The notes beneath the pieces are model-generated. The model was given only the letters and a program-made list of their open reading frames with translations. It searched no databases and had not been told where the DNA came from. Source: Geotalea uraniireducens Rf4 (GTDB lineage Bacteria; Desulfobacterota; Desulfuromonadia; Geobacterales; Geobacteraceae). From it: a DNA stretch of 32,000 nt. This document shows, piece after piece, positions 25,328 through 32,000 of the stretch (its first letter is position 1; each line of letters opens with the position of its first letter). The position numbers and the translations under genes are program-made. The stretch covers positions 2,130,001-2,162,000 of the forward strand of contig NC_009483.1 in NCBI RefSeq assembly GCF_000016745.1, given 5' to 3'.

Positions 25328-26605
25328 ATGAATCTGCTGATAAAGGGCGGGCGGGTGGTCGACCCGTCGCAGAACATTGACGATACCATGGACCTGCTGG
25401 TGGAGGATGGCCGGATCAAGGAGATAGGGAAGGGGCTCAAGGCGCCTGCCGGGGCAGAGATTATCGACGCCGCCGGTCTCCTGGTCACACCGGGGCTTAT
25501 AGACATGCACGTCCATCTCCGCGATCCGGGGCTGGAATACAAGGAAGACATCGTAACCGGTACAAGGGCCGCCGCTGCCGGCGGATTCACCTCCGTCGCC
25601 TGTATGCCCAACACCAAGCCGGTCAACGACAACAAGGCGATCACTTCTTACATCGTCAACAAGGCCGCGAAGGAAGCGCTCGTCAACGTGTTCCCCGTCG
25701 GCTCCATAACCCAGGGGAGCAAGGGGGAAAGCCTTGCCGAAATGGGAGAATTGAAGGAGTCCGGCTGCGTTGCGGTTTCCGACGACGGCCGGCCGGTGGT
25801 CAACGGGGAGCTGATGCGCCGCGCCCTGGAGTATGCCAAGGGGATGGGGATCATGGTCATTTCCCACTCGGAAGAGCTTGCTCTTGTCGGCGAAGGGGTT
25901 ATGAACGAAGGGTTCACCGCTACGGAACTGGGTTTGAAGGGGATTCCATGGGCTGCCGAGGATGTTGCTGTTGCCCGTGATGTCTATCTTGCCGAGTTCA
26001 CCGATTCACCGCTGCATATCGCCCATATTTCCACCAGCGGTTCGGTGCGCATCATCAGAAACGCCAAGGCGCGCGGGGTAAAGGTCACCTGCGAGACAGC
26101 GCCACACTACTTCTCTCTTACCGATGACGCTGTACGCGGCTATAATACCAACGCCAAGATGAACCCGCCGCTTCGCGAGGCTGCCGATGTGGCTGCGATC
26201 AAGGCCGGTCTTGCGGACGGCACCATCGATGCCATTGCCACCGACCACGCGCCGCACCACCTGGACGAGAAGGACCTGGAATTCAACCTGGCTCTGAACG
26301 GCATTGTCGGCCTGGAGACCTCCCTGCCGCTTTCTCTGCAACTGGTCGAGGAAGGGGTTGTGGATCTTAAGGTTCTACTTGAGAAAATGACCTGCAATCC
26401 GGCAAAAATACTCGGTATCGACCGGGGTACTTTAAAGGTAGGGGCAGCTGCCGACATAACCGTTATCGACCCGGACCGGGAGTGGCTGGTGGCGGCGGAG
26501 AAGCTGGCGAGCAAGTCAAAAAACTCACCGTTCATCGGACGGAAGATGAAGGGTGCCGCTGTCTATACCGTTGTCGGCGGGAAGGTTGTTTATAAAATAG
26601 ATTAA
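25328..26605 (+). CDS. pyrC: Dihydroorotase.
   Basis: 425 aa. Metal-binding motif: [14 protein letters not shown]. The rest of the sequence has the amidohydrolase fold pattern (..HISTSGSV.., ..ATDHAPH..). Confidence 0.93.
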
Positions 26606-26670
26606 AGCGACGGGGGGAGTTCGTTCTACCCCGGGCATGGCATGGGAAAATTTACGTACGGGAGATATTC

Positions 26671-27792
26671 ATGAAAGCAGTACTCGCACTCGCTGACGGG
26701 CGCATCTTCAAAGGCAGGTCCTTCGGCGCATCCGGCGAAGCAACCGGTGAGGTGGTGTTCAACACCGCCATGACCGGTTACCAGGAGGTTCTTACCGATC
26801 CTTCCTATAAAGGGCAGATGGTCACCATGACCTACACCCAGGTCGGCAACACCGGCATCAATCCGGAGGATATCGAGAGCAACCAGCTCTATCTTTCCGG
26901 CTTCATCGTCAAGGAGTACCACGACTGCTATTCCAACTGGCGGGCGACCATGAGTCTGGATGCCTACCTCAAGGAAAACGGCGTGGTCGGCATCCAGGGG
27001 CTCGATACCCGCGCCCTGACCCGCCATCTGCGCGACAAAGGGGCCCAGAATGGCATCATCTCCACCGTCGATTTCGACCCCGAGAGCCTGGTGCGGAAGG
27101 TGCGGTCGATCCCGAGCATGGCCGGCCTCGACCTGGCGAGCGGCGTCAGCTGCGACAAACCCTACCACTGGAGCGAGGCGCTCTGGGAATTGGGCGAAGG
27201 GTATCGCCAGGCAGCGTCCAAAGACCTGAAATACAAGGTGGTGGCCTACGATTTCGGCATCAAGTTCAATATCCTCCGCTGCCTGGTCTCCGCCGGATGC
27301 GACGTGACGGTGGTGCCGGCAACGTTCCCGGCCGAAGAGGCTTTAGCCATGGCGCCGGACGGGATCTTCCTCTCCAATGGCCCGGGCGACCCGGAACCAA
27401 TGCACGCCGTGATCGAAAATATCAGGAAATTCGTCGGCAAGAAGCCGATCTTCGGTATCTGTCTCGGTCATCAGCTCCTGGGTCTTGTCCTCGGCGGTCG
27501 TACCGTCAAGCTCAAGTTCGGCAATCATGGTTCCAACCTGCCGGTCATGGACCTGGCAACGGGGAAGGTGGAGATCACCGCCCAGAACCACGGCTTTTCC
27601 GTGGATATCGTCTCGCTCTCCCATGCCTGCGAACTTGCCCACGAGAACCTCAATGACCAGACCGTGGAAGGGATGCGGCACAAGGAACTGCCGATCTTCT
27701 CCGTGCAGCATCACCCGGAGGCGTCTCCCGGACCCCACGACTCCCATTACCTGTTTGGCCGGTTCGTGGAGATGATGGAGACGAATCGGTAG
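26671..27792 (+). CDS. carA: Carbamoyl-phosphate synthase small (glutamine amidotransferase) subunit.
   Basis: 373 aa. N-terminus: MKAVLALADGRIFKGRSFGASGEATGEVVFNTAMTGYQEVLTDPSYKGQ. GATase active site: PIFGICLGHQLL. Further motif: SVQHHPEASPGPHD. Confidence 0.95.
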   Translation: MKAVLALADGRIFKGRSFGASGEATGEVVFNTAMTGYQEVLTDPSYKGQMVTMTYTQVGNTGINPEDIESNQLYLSGFIVKEYHDCYSNWRATMSLDAYLKENGVVGIQGLDTRALTRHLRDKGAQNGIISTVDFDPESLVRKVRSIPSMAGLDLASGVSCDKPYHWSEALWELGEGYRQAASKDLKYKVVAYDFGIKFNILRCLVSAGCDVTVVPATFPAEEALAMAPDGIFLSNGPGDPEPMHAVIENIRKFVGKKPIFGICLGHQLLGLVLGGRTVKLKFGNHGSNLPVMDLATGKVEITAQNHGFSVDIVSLSHACELAHENLNDQTVEGMRHKELPIFSVQHHPEASPGPHDSHYLFGRFVEMMETNR

Positions 27793-27794
27793 AT

Positions 27795-27866
27795 GGTCGG
27801 CGGTCGATAGTCGGCGGTAAACGCGTTTCAGGTTTACTGCCGACCGCCGATTGCCGACCGCCGACT
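27795..27866 (+). repeat. Long imperfect hairpin built from heptamer units immediately after carA; possibly a terminator or RNA stabiliser without a U-tract.
   Basis: The 5' arm is GGTCGGC GGTCGAT AGTCGGC GGTAAAC (27795-27822). The loop is 9 nt, GCGTTTCAG. The 3' arm is GTTTACT GCCGACC GCCGATT GCCGACC GCCGACT (27832-27866). About 28 positions pair if G-U pairs are allowed, with 2 A-C mismatches by my manual pairing. Confidence 0.75.
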
Positions 27867-27878
27867 GAAGTAAGGAGT

Positions 27879-28781
27879 ATGCACTACCTTGATCTTTACA
27901 ATTCAGGTGAATTGCTCCGGCGGGTAAAGGCGGCCTATGTCCGTCTCAGGAGCTGCGATCTTTGTCCCCACGATTGCCGGGTGAACCGGCTGGCGGGGGA
28001 GACCGGCGTTTGCCGGAGCGGGGCGCATGCCAAGGTGGCCTCAACCAATGTCCATCGTGGAGAAGAGCCACCCATTTCCGGCAGTCACGGGTCGGGGACG
28101 ATCTTCTTTTCCAACTGCAACCTGGCCTGCCGCTTTTGTCAGAATTTCCCCATCAGCCAGTTCGGCAACGGCGAGGAGATGACGACCAGGGAGCTGGCGT
28201 CCCGAATGATGAAACTCCAGCGACAGCGGGTTCACAACATCAACCTGGTTACCCCTAGCCATTTTCTCCCCCAGTTCCTGGCTGCCTTTTACCTGGCGGT
28301 CAAGGAGGGATTCCGGCTCCCCGTCGTCTGGAACTCCAACGGTTATGAGCGGGTGGATGCGCTGGAGCTGCTGGACGGTGTGGTGGATATTTTTCTCCCG
28401 GACATGAAGTACGCGGCCGACGAGCCGGCGATGAACTTCTCGTCTGCCCCTAACTACCGGAAGATCAACCGTCCCGCAGTGAAAGAGATGCTCCGGCAGG
28501 TGGGGCATCTGCAACTGGACGGGGAGGGGATAGCAATGCGCGGCCTCATCATCCGCCATCTGGTTCTTCCCGAGGGAAACGACGGCAGCCGCGAGACACT
28601 GCGCTGGATCGCCGATAATCTCGGCCGGGAAACCCATATTTCCCTCATGCGGCAGTTTTTCCCGGCCCATCTGGCTGCCGGGACACCGGGCATCGACAGG
28701 AAAATCAGTGACGAGGAGTACGAGGAAGCCGTGGCGGCCCTGGAAGAGTCGGGGCTGGAAAACGGCTGGGTGCAGGAATGA
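27879..28781 (+). CDS. Radical SAM protein, PflX-like (COG1313-type, pyruvate formate-lyase activase-related).
   Basis: 300 aa. The N-terminus is LDLYNSGELLRRVKAAYVRLRSCDLCPHDCRVNRLAGETGVCRSG. The radical SAM cluster is GTIFFSNCNLACRFCQNFPISQ (CX3CX2C). Confidence 0.8.
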   Translation: MHYLDLYNSGELLRRVKAAYVRLRSCDLCPHDCRVNRLAGETGVCRSGAHAKVASTNVHRGEEPPISGSHGSGTIFFSNCNLACRFCQNFPISQFGNGEEMTTRELASRMMKLQRQRVHNINLVTPSHFLPQFLAAFYLAVKEGFRLPVVWNSNGYERVDALELLDGVVDIFLPDMKYAADEPAMNFSSAPNYRKINRPAVKEMLRQVGHLQLDGEGIAMRGLIIRHLVLPEGNDGSRETLRWIADNLGRETHISLMRQFFPAHLAAGTPGIDRKISDEEYEEAVAALEESGLENGWVQE

Positions 28782-29107
28782 GAACGATAGTATTGCTGAT
28801 GCTGTCCAATGTCTTCATGACCTTTGCCTGGTATGCGCACCTGAAGAACCTGCGCACCAGGCACTGGCTCATTGCGGTGCTGGTCTCATGGGGGATCGCC
28901 TTCTTCGAGTACCTGGTGCAGGTGCCGGCCAACCGCTACGGTTACGGCCGGTTCAGTCTGGCCCAGCTGAAGATCATCCAGGAAGTGATCACCCTCAGCA
29001 TTTTTGTGCCGTTTGCGGTCTATTACATGGGGCAGCCGCTGAAGATGGATTACCTCTGGGCGGGTTGCTGTCTGGCGGGGGCAGTGTTCTTCATTTTTAG
29101 AGGATAG
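28778..29107 (+). CDS. DMT-superfamily small membrane protein (DUF486).
   Basis: 109 aa: MRTIVLLMLSNVFMTFAWYAHLKNL...QLKIIQEVITLSIFVPFAVYYMGQPLKMDYLWA. The start overlaps the stop of the radical SAM gene (ATGA). Confidence 0.7.
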   Translation: MRTIVLLMLSNVFMTFAWYAHLKNLRTRHWLIAVLVSWGIAFFEYLVQVPANRYGYGRFSLAQLKIIQEVITLSIFVPFAVYYMGQPLKMDYLWAGCCLAGAVFFIFRG

Positions 29108-29108
29108 C

Positions 29109-29531
29109 GTGGATCTTACGGATATAGAAAAAATCGTTGCCGATTACTGCGCCGGACGCGCCGAAATAGCGGCCTGTTACCTTTATGGTTCTTATGCCAG
29201 AGGGGAGGCGCGCTCCGACAGCGACGTTGACCTGGCGTTTCTGCTCGACGTTTCGGTACCGAGATCCCATTATGGCAGTCTCAGGATGGATTACTACAGC
29301 GGTTTGTCCTTTCTGACGAGGAAAGAACCTCATGTCCTGGTCATAAACGATGCTGGAGAGCTGGTGCTGGGTGAGGTTTTGCGTGAAGGTGTCATGGTTT
29401 TCGTGCGTGACGAGGAGGCGCTGGACGCCTTCGTGGCCAGGAAGATACCGCTCATCGCGGAGTTCAGCTACTATTCGGAGCTGTTTAGGCGAAAACTAGT
29501 GGAGCGGTATGGCGAGGTAGATAATGGTTAA
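29109..29531 (+). CDS. mntA: Nucleotidyltransferase-domain antitoxin (MntA type, type VII TA).
   Basis: 140 aa, with a GTG start after AGAGGA. It carries the minimal nucleotidyltransferase motif LYGSYARGEARSDSDVDLAFL. Confidence 0.8.
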   Translation: MDLTDIEKIVADYCAGRAEIAACYLYGSYARGEARSDSDVDLAFLLDVSVPRSHYGSLRMDYYSGLSFLTRKEPHVLVINDAGELVLGEVLREGVMVFVRDEEALDAFVARKIPLIAEFSYYSELFRRKLVERYGEVDNG

Positions 29532-29943
29532 GCATTCACTATTGACGGCGAAGATGATGATGGCGGAGGAGTTCATTGGAAGGGTCAGGGAAAAGCTTCC
29601 GGCTTCCTTTGCAACTTTCGAAACCGACCGGGACCTTCAGGATCTGGTCCTTTTCAACCTCATCCAGGCGATCCAGACATGTGTGGACATTGCAGCCCAT
29701 ATCATCAGCGACGAGCGGATGGGAGCTGCAGGATCGATGAACGAGTTTTTCTACCGGCTTCAGGAGAAGGGGGTAATCACCGTTGATCTGACCCAACGTC
29801 TCGTGAAGGCGGTGGGCTTCCGCAATGTCTGCGTACACGGATACCTCGATCTCGATTTCAACGTTGCATATCAGGCCGCTGCAACAGGCATAACAGACCT
29901 GGAGGATTTTCTCGCCGCGGTCGTTCGACGGTATCTTTCGTAA
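29524..29943 (+). CDS. hepT: HEPN/DUF86 toxin (HepT type).
   Basis: 139 aa. It overlaps mntA by 8 nt. It carries the HEPN Rx4-6H motif in GFRNVCVHGYLDLD. Confidence 0.8.
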   Translation: MVKHSLLTAKMMMAEEFIGRVREKLPASFATFETDRDLQDLVLFNLIQAIQTCVDIAAHIISDERMGAAGSMNEFFYRLQEKGVITVDLTQRLVKAVGFRNVCVHGYLDLDFNVAYQAAATGITDLEDFLAAVVRRYLS

Positions 29944-30036
29944 TCGCTGCACGCGAGGAATTCATGGTGAGATTATGACGAATATAGTGCTGCTGTCCGA
30001 GCTGAAAAGAGGGGAAGAACAGTGGGCCGTAATGTA

Positions 30037-32000
30037 ATGAATCTGGCATCAATACCAATAGAACATATAAATACACGCGATCATTTCGTGGCACATTGGG
30101 CGCTTGACCGCATAAAGAATATCAAGGAGCGCGGGGAGAGCGGTGCGGATGCGATAGCACGCGTCCTATTCCCTGAACTGACGGTGCGCTCCTTGCTCGC
30201 GACGTTCGATGACGACATCCTGATGGTGAGGCTCATCAGGGATTTGCCGGAAGACCTCGTCGTTCCCCATCTCCACTGCCTCGCGGATAACTGGGTCGAG
30301 CTCCCGAGCCTGTGCGCCTTCCCGTCGGCGGAGCTGCTGGTGAGACATTTGCCCGGTCGCGCCGTGGACCTGTTCGTTGCCTATCTCCATGGCGACACAA
30401 GAATTTCCGACAGAATGTACGCGATTCTCGCCACCGCCATCGATCTGCCGGAGCCGCACCGCAGTGGTGTCGCGGAGGCGGTCATGGAGCTTGCCTTCAG
30501 GAACGGCAAAACGCCAAGTTTTGACCAGTTAATAACCCTTCCGGTCTACAGGCTTGCCTGGAGCGTCGATCATCCCCGGTGTCCCGAGCTCCTCTCAGTC
30601 ATCGCCAAGGCCCTCCCCTACGGAGAAACCCGGGACATTGACCGTGCGATTCTCGAACTTTCCGAGATATTCACCGGGGAATTTGCCCCGTGCGACCTTA
30701 TGACCGACCGCTTTGAAGGGTATTCCGTCCCTGTGTTCTCCGAGCTTGCCGCTTTTCTGCCGGACGCTTCCTTTGCCGCCGACTTGGACAGGGTGGTCGA
30801 TTCACTCGGCAACCTGGAGCACCTGTCGGCCCTGGAGTTCTTCGACCGCCGCAAGAGCGACCTCCCCGAACGTGCCGTGAGCGCGCTGGAATTTCTGGGG
30901 GAAGAGTGGAGCGGCATTCCCGATCTGGATAACCATGACAACACCGCTGCCCTGTTCTCCTTCTTTCCGGCCTGCATTGCCGCGGCTCACTGGATTGCCG
31001 AGCCCTGGGCGCCTGCCGGCGGTCCTGACGCCGCGCTGGCCTATCTGACCGTCGATCTGCCGGATATCGAGCTGCCCGATGGAATCGTGGAGATGTTCGC
31101 CGCGCTTCCCCGCGAAGATGCGACGTCACGACTGATAGAATCATTTGAAAAATATCATGACCGCTATGGGGCCTTGCGGATTGTGGAGCTGATGGGGTTC
31201 TTGGGTTACCGTGAATTCGTGCCGGTTCTCTTGAAGCATCTGGGATCCGATTTCGACAGGCTGAGCGAGACGATAACGGCCGTACTGATCCGCTACGGCG
31301 AGACCGTTGCCGGGGATATCATCGACGCACTGGAAAAGGGGCCGGAAGGAAGCTTTCACTACCTTGTGGGCGCACTGGAGCGCATCGGCGGCCAAAGTGT
31401 TGGAGCTTACCTGGACGCCCACTTCGACGAACTGGTGAAAGAGGACAAGGAAACGGCGATGAACCTGGTTGAATCGGTTGCCGACCCCCGTTTCATGGAA
31501 CGTCTCAAGCCATTGACCGGCAAGGGGCAGGAGCTCGTGGATTCCGCTTATCTTACCCTTGCCAAGCTCCACGGCACGAGTTCCGACGAACTGTCGGCCC
31601 TGGAGGCGTTATACAATGAACAGCAGCGGGAAAAGGCCCGGCGGCGGGAACAGTTTGATGCGGGGGAGCTTGCCGCGTCTGTTCCCGCCATGCTGCACAT
31701 GGAGATGGCTTGCCGGGCCTGCGGCGATATCGCCCGTTACGATGTCGGATCGGTGTACATTACCGAGTCATCGCACAAACCGTTTGTCGCCGATGAACTG
31801 CGCTGTATCGCCTGCGGCGCGGAAGATACCCTCGATCCGACAAATCTCGGCGCATTTTGCATTACTGCCGAATTGATGCGGATTACATGTATCCAGGACA
31901 AGAGGGAGGCGAGGGAAGCCCTTGACCGTTCACCCCTCAATCTTCTGCCAAAATTGTCAGTTATGGGAAGAGAGATGGGGCTTCAGGAGGGGATCGACCT
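30037..32000 (+). CDS. Large hypothetical protein (>654 aa; 3' end runs off the window) with a zinc-ribbon-like CxxC...CxxC element near residue 560-590.
   Basis: Absent from the ORF track because there is no stop in the window. ATG at 30037 (MNLASIPIEHINTRDHF...). My manual translation found the frame open to 32000, with GC-rich third positions. The four cysteines lie in MEMACRACGDIARYD...ELRCIACGAEDT. The minus-strand ORFs at 30166-31572 are shadows. Confidence 0.55.
   Translation, partial: MNLASIPIEHINTRDHFVAHWALDRIKNIKERGESGADAIARVLFPELTVRSLLATFDDDILMVRLIRDLPEDLVVPHLHCLADNWVELPSLCAFPSAELLVRHLPGRAVDLFVAYLHGDTRISDRMYAILATAIDLPEPHRSGVAEAVMELAFRNGKTPSFDQLITLPVYRLAWSVDHPRCPELLSVIAKALPYGETRDIDRAILELSEIFTGEFAPCDLMTDRFEGYSVPVFSELAAFLPDASFAADLDRVVDSLGNLEHLSALEFFDRRKSDLPERAVSALEFLGEEWSGIPDLDNHDNTAALFSFFPACIAAAHWIAEPWAPAGGPDAALAYLTVDLPDIELPDGIVEMFAALPREDATSRLIESFEKYHDRYGALRIVELMGFLGYREFVPVLLKHLGSDFDRLSETITAVLIRYGETVAGDIIDALEKGPEGSFHYLVGALERIGGQSVGAYLDAHFDELVKEDKETAMNLVESVADPRFMERLKPLTGKGQELVDSAYLTLAKLHGTSSDELSALEALYNEQQREKARRREQFDAGELAASVPAMLHMEMACRACGDIARYDVGSVYITESSHKPFVADELRCIACGAEDTLDPTNLGAFCITAELMRITCIQDKREAREALDRSPLNLLPKLSVMGREMGLQEGID

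Noticed and set aside
24051-27168. Long minus-strand ORFs (24051-25223, 25184-25867, 26626-27168) opposite pyrB, pyrC and carA.
   Set aside because: The + strand genes have unmistakable family signatures. The minus-strand ORFs are R/G/H/P-rich shadows.
30166-31572. Minus-strand ORFs (30166-30459, 30618-30977, 30698-31144, 31141-31572).
   Set aside because: They overlap each other in different frames and are R/P/S-rich. They lie opposite a single continuous + strand frame with coding-like codon bias.

Overview
High-GC window that looks like a Geobacter/Desulfuromonadales-type chromosome; this is inferred from gene content, with no search run. Left to right, all coordinates in bp. (1) 1-4770, minus strand: an outer-membrane porin-cytochrome operon. 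It encodes a porin-like barrel, a pentaheme cytochrome, a lipoprotein 7-8-heme cytochrome and a secreted NHL/Ig-like protein that runs off the left edge. Upstream on the same strand (5026-8922) is a Cache/HAMP/PAS histidine kinase plus an NtrC-type sigma54 activator. (2) 9106-10947: a UbiD-family decarboxylase. (3) About 10950-21000: a visibly lower-GC accessory island that starts 38 bp after the ubiD stop. It carries a TIR(SEFIR-like)-domain protein with an unrecognisable ~370-aa C-terminal region. Next come an OLD-family ATPase/Toprim nuclease and a translationally coupled UvrD-type helicase (Gabija gajA/gajB architecture). The rest is a 36-codon remnant of a second TIR gene, a very AT-rich polytopic membrane protein, and a YcxB-like gene split by an IS4-family element that itself carries an IS3-family element. 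(4) 21067-23493: decayed accessory genes. These are a lipoprotein with an in-frame TGA in its signal peptide plus a frameshift, a hypothetical protein, and a TumA-like antitoxin with a truncated toxin stub. (5) 23515-27792: a PyrR-attenuated pyrR-pyrB-pyrC-carA cluster, with two intergenic elements built from opposed heptamer repeats. (6) 27879-32000: a PflX-like radical SAM gene, a DUF486 membrane protein, a MntA/HepT toxin-antitoxin pair, and a >650-codon ORF running off the right edge. No rRNA, tRNA or CRISPR array was seen. The best candidate for something new is the TIR + OLD nuclease + UvrD helicase cassette at 10986-16348.
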